Notes under the pieces: model-generated | What the model was told of the DNA's origin: nothing | The model's input: the letters and a program-made list of their open reading frames with translations, nothing else | Database searches by the model: none | Assembly (NCBI RefSeq): GCF_006345805.1 | Contig: NC_043000.1 | Coordinates: 18,538,001 to 18,602,000 of the forward strand | Direction: 5' to 3' | Source: Octopus sinensis | Lineage: Eukaryota | DNA: 64,000 bases | Program-made: the position numbers and the translations under genes | Shown here: in pieces, positions 13,065 through 26,605 of the stretch | Layout: every line of letters begins with the position of its first letter | How positions within the stretch are numbered: position 1 is the first letter of the stretch

Positions 13065-13823
13065 CCGTAAATCCTCGAGTATAGTCCGCCCTTGAGTATG
13101 ATATGCAGGGGACTAAGGCAGCGAGCTGGCAGAACCGTTAGCACGCCGGGCGAAATGCGTAGCTGTATTTTGTCTGCCGTTACGTTCTGAGTTCAAATTC
13201 CGCCAAGGTCGACTTTGCCTTTCACCCTTTCGGGGTTGATAAATTAAGTACCAGTTACGCACAGGGGTCGATGTAATCGACTTAATCCGTTTGTTTGTCC
13301 TTGTTTGTCTTCTCTGTGTTTAGCCCCTTGTGGGTAATAAAGAAACATATAATATGCAGGAGACTTTTAGGGGGCTGTACCTCTGAAAAACCTAAATGTT
13401 GTGTATAATACGCACCCCTTCTCTAACTTGAGTCAAGGGGGTCTATATAATGTCCTTGGTTTGTAAAAACGTAGACGGTAACATCCTTTATTATTATATA
13501 TATATATAACATAATGCAAACGTGTAGCATTTTTGTGCATTTTGTTTGCAGAAAATAAAGAAGTAACAGTAATAACATTTAATAAACGTTGCTTACTGCA
13601 AGTTATGGATGATTCTTTTGACTTCATTGCTTTCAGGCTTAGCTTAAGATATTTTCACGCCCGATATCACAAAATGCGTCTGAATAAACATTGCCGGACA
13701 GCAAACAGAGACTCGAACATTGCTTAGAAAATATTTTCATTTAACCTCGTGTATAATACGCACTAGGGGTTTTGGCCGTTAAATTTTGGGGAAAAAATGC
13801 GGATTATACTCGAGGATTTACGG
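13065..13823. mobile_element. Non-autonomous Tc1/mariner-superfamily element with nested SINE B (~13116-13346)
   Basis: TA|CCGTAAATCCTCGAGTATAGTCCGC...GCGGATTATACTCGAGGATTTACGG|TA. Confidence 0.9.
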
Positions 13824-15546
13824 TATGTTACTATTGACATCATGAACAGTATGAACGTCACAACTGCTATACCTTCAATACATGTCAATCAACCGATTCT
13901 TGTTATCGTATTTCAGAGAAAAAATTTTAACGATTTAAAAAAATTCCTTTTTAATCCAAACCTCTTTTTTTCTGTATATCGGTTAAGTATTCAATCGATA
14001 GAGACATGTGATAGAAATATGCATGTTTATGTAATATAAGGAGATTTGTATTTTCTTTTTGATGCTGCTTACGAATGAATAAGCAACAAGTCAAGCATGA
14101 CTGTTTCTAGGTAAGTTCTTTTTAAACCAACAGCAGTAACGATATAAATAATGAATTTACCACATGTATCAATTCATTCATTAAGATTGTTCAGAAAGAT
14201 CATCACCACAAAAGCTGTACATTTTATATGGTTCGGAGAAACTAACCATCACTGAAGCATCACTACAAGACAACCATCAATATAAGTGAGTATTGCTACG
14301 AGTTTTATTTTTTCACCTTGATAAGATCTGATCGATTTACTATTTCCCTTTGACACTAGGAGTGTAAGCGAAATGATGTAATTCCAAACAGGAAACGAAA
14401 CAGAGATGCAAATTTGGTTCACCGACAGTTTACATCTACACTTGTCGTTAAATTCACAAAAAGAAAAGAAAAAAAAAAACTAAAATCTAACGAGCGCCTA
14501 GACATACGAGGGGCACAGGTTATTGCTGCTGTAAGCTCCAATGTTCACAATTGCTCCTACACCATATATAATCACCATCAAACATCTAATACACAACCAT
14601 AGTATTTCATAACTTTATTATAACACCATCTTAAATACAATATCTCCCGCTCGGTCCATCCACCCAGCATAAAAAGAACACAAAAAGTGTAGCATCATTA
14701 AACTCATCAGCTCACCTACCCACTAAACATTATGCTAGTTAGAGAAACCGTCGCGCTTTCGCCGCATCCACTTAATCTGCCTCTGTTATGTCCATCAGCG
14801 TAATCTACATGCGTATATATTGGACATATCATATTGCACCTTACACGATTAACCACTGATTATGCAATATAATATCAGTTTAAAAGGAAGCAAGGTATTG
14901 AATCCGAGGCAAAAGATCTATGGACCACATTTAGTCATTCAGCCAGCTACTTTTAAATCACATGTTTTCTCGAACGAAGCTGACTTGGGGCTATCCAACT
15001 CTTATTTTTGTTCTATAGCTATTATTTGTCTTCTAAGATATGCTGTACTATGCCATCAAAAGGTGATGGATTAACAGAATCAGTCGAACAACAGTGACAG
15101 TGCCTTGCTGTATTTACTTGTGTTTTTCTCCATTCTGATTTTAATATCTGTGGTGGTTGATATAATGAAATACCAGTAAGCATTGGATAAATGTAATCAA
15201 CTATAACATCTTCCTTAAAATTGTGACACTAAAGGGTTCACAAATCACAAAGATTCACAAATCCGAAATCAATATTTAAAAGAACTGGATGATAGGAGCT
15301 GAGGGGGAATAATAAGTTTTAGACTTGGGAAAGACTATAGAGTCGCAAATCCTTATTTCCCTTTCTCTAAAAATATATCAGGCTCAATGACCAATAAGAT
15401 AAATAAATAAAGAAAACAAAATAAACGGTAGAACACTAAACTAAATCACTATAATTAGTTTCATCTCCGAAACTTCTAGGTTCAAATTCCATGGAAAGGG
15501 ACTATGCCTATCATCACAATTGACTCACTAAAATAAGTACCAGAAA

Positions 15547-15778
15547 GGCGGCGAGCTGGCAGAACCATTAGCACGCCGGGAGAAATGCGTAGCCGTATTT
15601 CGTCTGCCGTTACGTTCTGAGTTCAAATTCTGCCGAGGTCGACTTTGCCTTTCATCCCTTCGGGGTCGATAAATTAAGTACCAGTTACGCACTGGGGGTC
15701 GATGTAATCGACTTAATCCGTTTGTTTGTCCTTGTTTGTCCCCTCTATGTTTAGCCCCTTGTGGGTAATAAAGAAACA
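15547..15778 (+). mobile_element. SINE family B with 18-bp TSD
   Basis: ggcggcgagctggcag head with a box-B-like gagttcaaattc; TSD TAAAATAAGTACCAGAAA. Confidence 0.92.
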
Positions 15779-16530
15779 GATAAAATAAGTACCAGAAATA
15801 CTCAGAAATCAGCTTAATCGAAACCCAAGTTCCGAGAATTTATCGATTTTCTTTATGGTGTTGGTGGTGGGCAATATTGATGTCTTTTGATATAGTAACG
15901 TCAGTTATAAAATAATTGTATTTTTTTATAACATCAACCACAATATGAATTTTTCTGCTGTTCTATGTAATGTGGTCTGTTTTGACATCAAAGTCATTTT
16001 ATATTTTTGCTTCATTGTTTTCTTGCATTTTAATTTTTCACTTTTTATGTTGTTGGTGGTTCTTGATCTTTACTATCAAATGTGACCCTTTTACAGTCCA
16101 TCGACCAATATATTTTTTTAGTTTCTGATTTGTCTGTACATTGACTGTTATTTTGATGTAATTTTGCAGTCAAAATAAACAAAATAAATTGTAATTGAAA
16201 ATATTTATTTTACAGAGATTTGTGTGCCTTGAGTAGATATAATATTTTGTTTAGTTTTTAATGAGTTTTAAAAATGCTTATGTTGTCTTTGTGAATGAAT
16301 CAGAAACCAATATTTTTCCAATCCCTTGCTCTGATACATATACATATATAAATATATATATATATACATACATACATTCCATTTCTATAAGAACACCAAC
16401 CCTAACATAAATACACATTACCCATGTACTGTTTTCCAGAAAACACTTGTCGCCTCGCAACCGCAAACCCTATTCGTCTGTCCATCTCCAACAATAGAGA
16501 GCAGTCACCTTATTTCATTCCATAACTGCC

Positions 16531-16613
16531 ATCTCTGAAGAGCACATGGTTACATAATCGGACTGTTACCTAACACTCCGTTGAACCCCTAGTGCGAAAT
16601 CGATTGGTAAGAT
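16531..16613 (+). ncRNA. Type I hammerhead ribozyme with extended stem II
   Basis: atct-CTGAAGA-GCAC...GTGC-GAAA-TCGATTGG-TA-agat; GUA cleavage triplet, predicted cut after 16609. Confidence 0.75.
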
Positions 16614-16947
16614 CAGCCGTAAAGGATATATAATATTGTATATTTCAATGAATTTACCCACTCTATTGACAAATATACGAGTTCATTTTTTTCATATTTA
16701 TGGATTCTTATTGTGTGTGTGTAACACACTAAGAATCTTTAGTGTTCATATCTTCAATGTTCATGTAATGCTTATTTGTTCATGTTATTTTGAATTATTC
16801 AGGTTCAAGAGGGGTGTCCATAATATTTGCTTGTGACTTTGTAAATTTTTTACATACAGATTTGAAATTTTGTCTGTGGATGCATTATATACCACTGGTT
16901 TATTGGTATGCAATTTTAGCTAATTTTGCTGAGTAAATTTGACTTTT

Positions 16948-17230
16948 ATCATCATCATCATCATCATCATCATCATTTAGCATCTGCTTTCCATGCTAGC
17001 ATGGGTTGGACGGTTCAACTGGGGTCTGTGAAGCCAGAAGGCTGCATCAGGCCCAGTCTGATCTGGCAGTGTTTCTACGGCTGGATGCCCTTCCTAACGC
17101 CAACCACTCCGTGAGTGTAGTGGGTGCTTTTTACGTGCCACCCGCACAGGTGCCAGATGGAGCTGGCAAACGGCCACAGACGGATGGTGCTTTTTACGTG
17201 CCACCGGCACGGGGGCCAGGCGAGGCTGGC
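16948..17230 (-). mobile_element. 5'-truncated RTE LINE 3'UTR with (GAT)n tail
   Basis: Same 3' end as the ORF-bearing RTE copies at 51375-52856 and 56231-57418. Confidence 0.85.
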
Positions 17231-18084
17231 AGGTATGGGCAGGTAAATTTAATTAACAGGTGTAACGGCTATAGCTTGATGGATAAACACTAAAATTGAA
17301 TTAATAATGCGTCTTATTTGTTTGATTTGTTTGTAAAATTATCCCAGATGGCAACCAACAAAAATTTTGCCACTTTTCAAAATGAAGCACATTAATTTGA
17401 ATTAATTAAAATGCAGGTATTGTCAGTACAAGATCTTATTCTTTCGGTAAATATTTCGTACTTTGATGTGGAATAATTTTTTCCCTCAAATTTTTTCGAG
17501 TGCATTCAACGTATCTGAGCGCCAAACCCGCCGCAAGCCCCCTTTTCCCGGAAAAGAAAGGTGGGAGGGGTGGTGGGGACCTCGAAGTTTCCCACCAATG
17601 GACTTTTTTTTTCTTGTTTTCCAGGTTATTTTACAATGACATCAAAATCACGCGTAAAAGGAAAGATTTAGCATCTATTTCTAGTATGCCCTGCAATCAC
17701 GCAGCGGCTATTTGCGTTCACACCGAAATATTTACCAACTTTTTTCTTTCCATTTCTTTTTTCCACTTTATAGAAGTCAATATTTTCTCTGTTGACATCC
17801 GCCTCAGTTAATTTTACTTTTCCCCCAGTTCTGTGCTTTCTGAAAGAAAATACAATTCTGTGATTTCTGGAAGAAAAGCCCTCATATTAACTCAAAGCTA
17901 TGAGAATTCAGTAACGGGAATTAGATATAACGGGTTTTGGCTGGTTTAAACACTAAAGGCTTAAAAAGAACCAAAACTATAAAATCAGTTTTTTTTTTCC
18001 TTTTAAAGGGCTTTGGAACCCGAAAAGTATAATTGTTTTTCGCTTTAGAGTTTAAAAATGCTGATTTTATAGTTTTCATTTTAA

Positions 18085-18276
18085 CCCTTTGTGTAATTAT
18101 CAATCAAACGTATGCCTATTGATTCCATTGATTGAATTAATCATCATTATCTCATATCTAAAAGATGTTGATGGTGTAACATTGTAGGGTAGGTGTGAGA
18201 GCCTGGATCTGGTCAGTTTGAACATAAAACAGATTAGCTATTTTGGCCGGATATGGCCGGTTTAAATACTAAAGGG
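18085..18276. mobile_element. piggyBac-like MITE
   Basis: TTAA|CCCTTT...AAAGGG|TTAA. Confidence 0.75.
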
Positions 18277-18421
18277 TTAAAGGGCCTAAAAAAGGCTAAA
18301 AAAACATGTACACTATTAAATGTGTTAAGACAATCTGTAAAGAATAAAAACTTTTAAACGTTTACCGGTTTTTATGAAATTTTGGGGTTGTCAGACTTGA
18401 GTTACCAATTAAAAGTATACA

Positions 18422-18592
18422 GGCGCAGGAGTGGCTGTGTGGTAAGTAGCTTGCTAACCAACCACATGGTTCCGGGTTCAGTCCCGCTGCGTGGCATCTT
18501 GGGCAAGTGTCTTCTGCTATAGCCCCGGGTCGACCAATGCCTTGTGAGTGGATTTGGTAGACGGAAACTGAAAGAAGCCTGTCGTATATATG

Positions 18593-18625
<33 letters not shown>

Positions 18626-18820
18626 CTGTGTTTGTCCCCCTAGCATTGCTTGACAACCGATGCTGGTGTGTTTACGTCCCCGTCACTTAGCGGTTCGGCA
18701 AAAGAGACCGATAGAGTAAGTACTGGGCTTACAAAGAATAAGTCCCGGGGTCGATTTGCTCGACTAAAGGCGGTGCTCCAGCATGGCCGCAGTCAAATGA
18801 CTGAAACAAGTAAAAGAGTA
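18422..18820 (+). mobile_element. tRNA-derived SINE family A, full length
   Basis: ggcgcaggagtggctgtgtggt (box A-like)...gggttcagtccc (box B-like), internal TA/TG microsatellite, aagagta tail. Near-identical copies occur elsewhere in the window. Confidence 0.93.
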
Positions 18821-19821
18821 ATGAGTAAACATTCATATACATACATACAAACATACATACATACATACATATAAACACACACACATATATAACCCATGAT
18901 TTTTCTTGGCCTTGCATCACATCCACCAGTAACTTTACACTTTCACAATTTTGAGCGTTTTTCAATTTTCGCTTAGTGTACAATCCTGAAATTTTTCCTT
19001 GTATTGATACTCTGTCTCGGACATATTATCTTTGAGGAAAAGTGATCTAGGGACCAGCTATACTGCTTAGAGGATTCAAAATCCACATGCTTATTAATTG
19101 TTATACTGTTTTCCGTTGTTTTGTTTTCTCTCTGCACTTGGAGATTGATGAGGATGACTTGACCTCTGAGACCTCCTCTAGTCGTGGAAAGGTCAATCCT
19201 TTATATTAGGTTAGTGGGTTTGGTCAGTCTCTTTGGTCATAGCTCTGAATGGAGAAGAGAAGGACAATGCACTGCTTAAGCTCTCTGCTTGACAATACAG
19301 ACATCTCTCTCTCTCTCTCTCTCTCTATCTCTATCTACCTATCTACCTATCTATCACTTCATATTGACATTTCTGTGATACTGATCCCTATTGATCAATT
19401 TTTTTTCCTTTCCCCTTTTTTTCCTCACCTCCCTTTTTTTTTTTAAATTTTATTTTATCCCCCCCTTTTTTGTCCTCTTTCTTTCCATTTATGATCCCTT
19501 TTGATTGAAAACCAAACCCCCTTCTTTTACCCCCAAAAGAAAAGCTCTACTTTGTAATTTTGTCCTGTCTGTGTGCAGCCCCGTGTGGCTAATAAAGAAA
19601 CATATCTATCTATCTATCTATCTATCTATCTAGCATCAGGCACTGAAGTTAACTCTCACACGCAAAGAATCCATGGAACTAGAAAGTATTTTTATTGCAA
19701 CAAACTACTAACATGTGTATACACAAACAAACGACAAGATACCGTCATTTACTTTATAGTGTAGTGACATTAAAACAACCAGATATATTACAATCTTCAT
19801 AATTAATATTGTTCTCCAGTA

Positions 19822-19986
19822 GGCGCAGGAGTGGCTGTGTAGTAAGTAGCTTGCTAACCAATCACATGGTTCCGGGTTCAGTCCCACTGCATGGCATCTT
19901 GGGCAAGTGTCTTCTGCTATAGCCCCGGGCCGACCAATGCCTTGTGAGTGGATTTGGTAGACGGAAACTGAAAGAAGCCTGTCGTA

Positions 19987-20035
<49 letters not shown>

Positions 20036-20245
20036 TTGTGTGTCTGTGTTTGTCCCCCTAGCATTGCTTGACAACCGATGCTGGTGTGTTTACGTCCCCG
20101 TCACTTAGCGGTTCGGCAAAAGAGACCGATAGAATAAGTACTGGACTTACAAAGAATAAGTCCCGGGGTCGATTTGCTTGACTAAAGGCGGTGCTCCAGC
20201 ATGGCCGCAGTCAAATGACTGAAACAAGTAAAAGAGTAAAGAGAG
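19822..20245 (+). mobile_element. SINE family A, full length
   Basis: Near-identical to 18422-18820. Confidence 0.93.
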
Positions 20246-20428
20246 TATTCATTCATATCTTCAATGCATCATCATCATCATCCAAAATTCATCGTTACTT
20301 TCGATTTCTCAACCAATAATGCCGTTACACACAGACACATGCACACACACACACACACACAAACACATAACCGCACGTGAACTGTTGGCGATTTTTCCTT
20401 ATTTTTCTTTCTTTCTCTTTGAACCTTC

Positions 20429-20466
20429 TTGTTTCCGACGAAGAGCTATGCTCGAAACGTTAACAA
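20429..20466 (+). ncRNA. Minimal hammerhead ribozyme variant (U4C core)
   Basis: ttgttt-CCGACGA-A-GAGC tat GCTC-GAAA-CG-TT-aacaa; same family as 2701. Confidence 0.6.
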
Positions 20467-20707
20467 CTCTCTCCTTTCACCGAGCGTCAAATTAATATAT
20501 TGCGTTTTTCTTTTTTTTCTCTGTTTTTTTTTTTAATTGTTTGTTATTTGAATAGACTATATATAGAGGAAAATAAACGTTTTTTTGGGTTGTCAATATC
20601 TCGAAAGTTGCCTTTTCATTGAAACCTTTATTACTTTATATTCCTTTAGCTCTATTTAATGAGCGCTAACTTTTGTTCTGTATAGGAAATTCATTCCCTT
20701 CTATTTT

Positions 20708-21897
20708 CAGGGCTTGGACAAAATAATGGAAACACCTGGCATCATAACATCGTAATTTTGAAATATCTGTAAAACCGTCGAAGCTTGTTTATTTTTATAT
20801 TTTTGATTTATTATTAGTGTTGCTTAATATGTCTTGCTACAATTGCTGTTTCTTTTCAGATATCATCAGAAAAAGGTAATTAAAATTAATTAAAATGTTA
20901 GATCTATCAGACTTTCAAAGAGGTCAAATTGTTGGTGTTCATATGGCAGGCGCTAGCGTAACGAAAACAGCCAAAATGCTTGGTGTATCAAGAAGTGCTG
21001 TCTCGAAAGTAATGATAGCCTTTGAGAAAGAGGGAAAAATCTCCTCCCCGAAACAAAAATCCGGAAGGAAACCAAAACTTTCAGATAGGGACCATCGGAC
21101 TCTTATGTGAATTGTTAGAAAGGATCACAAAAGTACAGCTCCTAAAATTACTGCAGAGATTAATGACCTCCTCGAGAACCCAGTTCTTCTCAAAACTGTT
21201 CACCGGAGTTGTACAAAGCCGGATTCACGGGAGGTCTGCTATCAGAAAACCACTACTTTCAAAATCAAAGGTTGTAAAGCCTTCAGAGTGGAGTAAAAAC
21301 CTACAGAATTGGTCCCTAGAGCAGTAGAAGAATGTTATTTTCTCGGACAAGCCATCCTTTACCTTATTTCCAACCACGGCCGAGTATACATGTGGAGACA
21401 GTCAAAAGAAGTATTCGAACCAGACTGCCTTCTTCCAACTGTCAAACATGGAGGAGGATCTGTGGGATTATATCTTGGAAATCCGCTGGCCCAATGGTTT
21501 CTCATCATGGCAGAATTAATAGTCAAGACTATTTAAGCATTTTATCTGATGATATTCATCCTATGGTTGCGGAACTGTTTCCGGAGGGAAACGCAATCTT
21601 TTAAGATGATAATGCACCAATAAACACAGCTAAAGTTGTTAGTGAATGGTACGAGGAACATTCGAGGAACATCTGGCCACCATAGTCCCCAGATCTCAAT
21701 ATTATTGAACATTTATGATGCAATTTAGAAAAACAAGTAAGGAGTCGATATCCTCCACCATCAGCACAAGAACTGGTTACTGTTTTAGCTGAAGGCTGGA
21801 CAAAAATTCTTTTGGAAACAATTCAAACTTTGTATGAATCCATACCTCATAGAATTCAAGCTGTAATTACTGCCAAAGGCGGTCCTACCTCATAAAA
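20708..21897 (+). mobile_element. Tc1-family transposon, degraded transposase (20895-~21895), right TIR missing
   Basis: Left end CAGGGCTTGGACAAAATAATGGAAACACC; paired-like HTH MLDLSDFQRGQIVG...; PTVKHGGGSV; DDNAP; WPP*SPDLNIIEHL*; several stops and frameshifts. Confidence 0.92.
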
Positions 21898-22168
21898 AAT
21901 GGTGGATTCGTTATTTTTTCTCTTTACCTGCGTGAGTTGGGAGTATTGCTGTCTGGGAGATATCTTATGGTAGTGAAATAGTATTTAACTGCTATTTCTA
22001 AATTTCGGTATGAGGTGAAGCAATTTTGCTAAACCCTAATTATAATTAGGCTTATAATTATAGAATTTTTGTATAAGGTTACCAATAATGATTCTTTTAA
22101 CATACCGAACTACTTGGTAAAATTATTAATTATTAATTGATTAATTAATTTTACCGTTTATAATAAAA

Positions 22169-22201
<33 letters not shown>

Positions 22202-22202
22202 T

Positions 22203-22940
22203 AATTCGTTTATTGGCCACAAGGGCTAACAAAAATCAATTAAACATAAAGGGACAAAACACAGGATGAAAGTTACAAAGGGTTTTGTCCGTTTGAAAAA
22301 AGTCCGTATACAAAAGCAGGATAACAACGAAATGTAAGTAACAATTAAAACTCCCAATAGGGGGGAGGCGCTTCGAAAGGTTACTGGTGGGAAAACCCAT
22401 AAAAGCCATGGGAACCTGGTCAAAAGGGAGGTAGAGAGACCCTTTCTTCTTTTATATTTCCTTTTAATTTTTCACAGGTGTATCCTCAGAATTAGTCCGT
22501 TTATACTGGCCATTCTTGCGACATTCACCCACCTTTCAATAAACTTGCTACGAGACAGCACTTCCCTCTCTACTCTCATCTTCCTTTTCAAGTGAAACTC
22601 GAAAAAGTTGATGAGGCCTTGGCCAAAGAGGAAAGTGTCTGACCTTAGCCCTTTCAAACGAGTCCACCATATCACCTCTTTCGCTACAGCCACTAGACAA
22701 AGGAAAACTGCCTTGCCCTCCCGATTAAAGGAGGTCGGTGGGGCAATCCTCACTATGGATTCAGCTGATAGCTGGATCCCTCCTATACGCAACAGTAGCT
22801 GTTCGACATAAGCCCATAGTTCAGCAATACTCGGGCACTGGACGAGTGCGTGCAGAACGGTTTCGTCGTCCTGGGCGCACCTCAGGCAGGCCCGTCTGAC
22901 TGCACTTCCGTGCCGGTAGAGTTTATCCCGAACAGGCAGA
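22203..22940 (-). mobile_element. 3' end of a Tx1/L1-like LINE (C-terminal zinc finger)
   Basis: CLRCAQDDETVLHALVQC motif, then a 3'UTR with AATAAA and an (ATT)n tail on the minus strand. Confidence 0.8.
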
Positions 22941-22984
22941 AATAATAGTAGTAGTAATAATATATATATATATTCTAGCAAAAA

Positions 22985-23022
22985 CTGTCCGATGAACGGC
23001 AACGCAAAACTCAGAGTAACAG
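22985..23022 (+). ncRNA. Degenerate hammerhead ribozyme
   Basis: ctgt-CCGATGA-ACG gcaa CGC-AAAA-CTC a GAG-TA-acag. G12A and a stem II G>A change suggest it is inactive. Confidence 0.55.
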
Positions 23023-23054
23023 GTTTTGTAGAATTTTCTGCTGCTTTAAATAAA

Positions 23055-23094
<40 letters not shown>

Positions 23095-23335
23095 TATATA
23101 TAATAAAATATTAGGGAATAAATCCAAACTTACAGGGAAAAATCAGATTTAGGATTAAATCCAATTTTATAGTATAAATATATTATATTATATTATATTA
23201 AATTAGAGATAAAACCACTATTAGGCAAATCAAACAATGAAAAACATAAGCCAATACATAAAATTAATTTAATTTATATTATTTTAAATATATATCAAAA
23301 GTATTAAAAGTTTAATAAAAGATAAAGAGTAAAAC

Positions 23336-23402
23336 ACTACGATTGTTTCATGGCTGTACAATTCGTAATAATTCGAGTTATGGTTACAGTCAATCTTCAG
23401 GT
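23336..23402 (-). ncRNA. Hammerhead-like motif with long stem II and 2-bp stem I
   Basis: Minus strand: ac-CTGAAGA-ttGACTGTA...TACAGCCat-GAAA-CAATCG-TA-gt; paralog at 33128. Confidence 0.5.
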
Positions 23403-23751
23403 TAATTGAAATATCTAAAATATAATCAGAAATATTTAAAATATATATATATAATAGAGAGAAAGGTAAGAAAGGCAGAAAGGAATGAAGTTAATAGCTA
23501 ATACTTATAAAATAGACAATATTAAGCATTATATACCGTATTTGCGAATAATTTTAGAAAAAGAAGAAAAATCACTGACTTAATGAATTAACATCTGTTA
23601 TGAAGGGTTTTTCTTACTTCTTATTTTGTTTTCTAGGAGAATATCAATATGTTGGTGAGTGCCATTCGTGACTACTGCTAATAAGAGAATCATTCAGATG
23701 TTGCTCATTGAACTAAGAATAGATTGACTATAAACAAATCACAAAGCCGCA

Positions 23752-23850
23752 ATGTCTGGTGACCAAGCTTTTGAGCCGGATGAAATGTTTCCCGTTGTTT
23801 CTAACATAGATGAACTTGAAGATCGAATAGTCATAGGAAATATCCCCCAG
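23752..23850 (+). CDS. Probable first coding exon of the TRP channel gene (exon ~23637-23850)
   Basis: Acceptor ttttgttttctag|23637; gcaATG start; MSGDQAFEPDEMF...GNIPQ; donor CAG|GTTAGT in phase 0, matching the phase-0 acceptor at 26605/26606. Confidence 0.6.
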
Positions 23851-23868
23851 GTTAGTAATTCTACTCCT

Positions 23869-23976
<108 letters not shown>

Positions 23977-24510
23977 CTTTATTTATTTTTGTCTTTCCCA
24001 TTATTGTATTAAGAACATTATTCACGTCTGGGCCTGACATGAATAGCAATAAATTATTATTTGGTTTTTTAATTTGTTAAGATGGTAAGGCGGCGACTTG
24101 GCAGAATTCTTACCGCGTCGGAAAATATGCTTAACGGCATTTCTTCAGACTTTACGTTCTAAGATCAAATGTTGCCGGGATCGACTTTGCCTTTCATTTT
24201 CGGGGTTGAAAAAATAAGTATTCAAGGAGTTATTATTAACAACCGGTGGAGGGTCATATTGAAACGAAAACTTAGAGCAGTATCGATTAGATTTAGTAAA
24301 GAGATTGGGATCGATGTAATCAACTTAACGCCTTACTCCGAAATTTCTGGTCTTGTGTCACAATTTGAAACTAATTTAGCAGGATGTTATTCGAAGGAGG
24401 CTTGGCTGGAAATGGGCGATCAACTGCATGGAGGCTCTTTCAATAACTCTAATACAAAAAACAGTACACTACACAAAATGTCATGAACTACAAGGGATTA
24501 GCCTGGGGCT

Positions 24511-24767
24511 ACACCACCACCGCCACCGCCACCACCACCACCACCACCACCGCCACCACTACCGCCACCACCGCCACCACCGCCACCGCCACCACTACCG
24601 CCGCCACCACCACCACCACCGCCACCACCACCGCCGCCGCCACCACAACCACCACCACAACCACCACCGCCACCACCACAACCACCACCACAACCACCAC
24701 CGCCACCACCACCACCACAACCACCACAACCAAAACCGCCACCACCACCGCCGCCGCCACCACCACC
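24511..24767. repeat. (ACC/GCC/ACA)n trinucleotide low-complexity tract (intronic)
   Basis: Pure triplet repeat; it explains the poly-Thr, poly-His and poly-Val ORFs. Confidence 0.9.
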
Positions 24768-25149
24768 AAAGACTCAGTGGAAAAGGCAGTTCTGAAAATA
24801 GATTGGATAGTCACGGCTAGAACACCTTTGATCATCCAACAAAAGCTGATATGGTAATTAACAACAATATCCTTTTCTACTATAGGCACAAGGTACCGAA
24901 ATTTTGGTGGAGCGGCCAGTTGATCAGATCGATCCCAGTACGCAAAGTCAACCTCAGCGGAATTTGAACTCCACGTATATCAAATTTCGTTAGGTTAGCA
25001 GATAGGATTAGTATAAGCTCTCCACAGATTCAGATAGTTAGCAACGTGGACCACCAATTCGTGAGATGTACTGTCAACTTCAAGCAGACTGGGAGAGAGA
25101 ACTCCAGTGACTTGAAAAGGCATCATCATCATCATCATCGTCATCGGCA

Positions 25150-25196
<47 letters not shown>

Positions 25197-26605
25197 GTCA
25201 TCAAGGCGGCGAACTGGTAGAATTGTTAGCACACTGGACAAAATGCTTAATGGCGTTTCGTCTGTCTTTCCCTTCTGAGTTCAAATTCCACCGAGGGTAA
25301 CTTCACATTCATTCTTTCGAGGTCGATGAAATAAGGACCACTCAAGTACTGGGGTTGATGAAATCGACTAGTCTCTGCCCCCATTTCCCCCAAAATTTCA
25401 TGCTTTGTGCTTATAATAGAAAGGATTATAATTGACGGTCGTGAGTGAACGGGCGTGAGTAAGTGATAGCGCGTCGAAATAAATGCCTAAAGTTTCTTAA
25501 ATTCAAATAATATTGGATGCCAAGTTTGGCATTAATTCCTTTTTGGCGGGAGAATCGGAGGTTTGTGTGGATATCAAGATTCCCTCACTGTTCCTAAACA
25601 AGATATTTAACTCTCACTGCTTTGACCAAAGCAAATGAAACGAGCATGCACAGCTAATCGTTTCATGCAAATAGAAAAAAAATCAGTATGATTGGTGTCT
25701 TTTTGGGAACTAGTGCTCAGATTCACCTTGGTCTCTAGAAGACAACTACAAACAGTTTTGTTATATCCTTTCCAAGAATCCTAAAAATAATTTAGGTTTA
25801 TGTAGAATTACTGCCAATTTCCTGTAATCTGTTATAATGTTCCAGCAAGTGTTGTTTTTCTAAGCTGTCCTAAAAGAAACATTTAATTTATTTTTAACTA
25901 GCTAAAAAGCCACACTCCATACAGACTTTTAAGCTAGCTCTTGCGGAGAACTAATTGCGCCTGCGACTCAAAACTAAAGACAGCTAAATGACATTCACTA
26001 TAATACGTCTATAATGACTACATGGTGGTGTTTAATCAGAGGTTATGGATAGATGAGAATTAATTCAGTAATGTAATCATTCTATTCTCCCAGCCCCAAG
26101 TTGAATTCCAACTGTTGGTCAGTTAATCCCAAAGTTCTTATTACGACGTAAAATTAACGAAGCAAATGTCATTTATTTCTCCCTTGATCTGTGACGTCAT
26201 TTGACAAATGCTAACCAAGATGGCGGGAATCATCCAAGCTTTACATGCTAGTAATAGCAACCCAAATGCTTTTAAATCAGATCCCAATGCTAGATGTTCA
26301 AGAACCAAATGAAGGACCGATTTTCAATTCCGGGATCATCCTGATTCCAAAAAGGTATATGTTTATGTAGAGCAAATGTAGAATGAACTACAAGGGTCCC
26401 AGATGGACAGACAGAATTACATTTTTATCATTATAGATTTTATTTTTCAATTTAAATGCCTGTTGGGAATGTTAAATGTTAAATAATCTGTGTTTTATTA
26501 TGCAAAATTTTATTCTTATCTTAAACATTGTAGTACAATTAATAATTATATACAGACATCAACTGTTTATATTGTTTATTTATTTTTAAATAAAACTTTT
26601 TGCAG

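Noticed and set aside
9600-17420. Scattered plus-strand splice-like signals (e.g. micro-exon 9613-9627, donors at ~10302 and ~14111) as TRP 5'UTR exons
   Set aside because: They cannot be distinguished from chance in AT-rich DNA without transcripts.
24428-24889. Mucin-like poly-Thr, poly-His and poly-Val ORFs
   Set aside because: They come from a pure ACC/GCC triplet repeat open in several frames, with no convincing splice sites.
26281-26354. Possible extra TRP exon (tcag|ATCCCA...AAAG|gtatat)
   Set aside because: It is 74 nt and ends in phase 2, incompatible with the phase-0 acceptor at 26606 unless a weak downstream AG is used. RNA data are needed.
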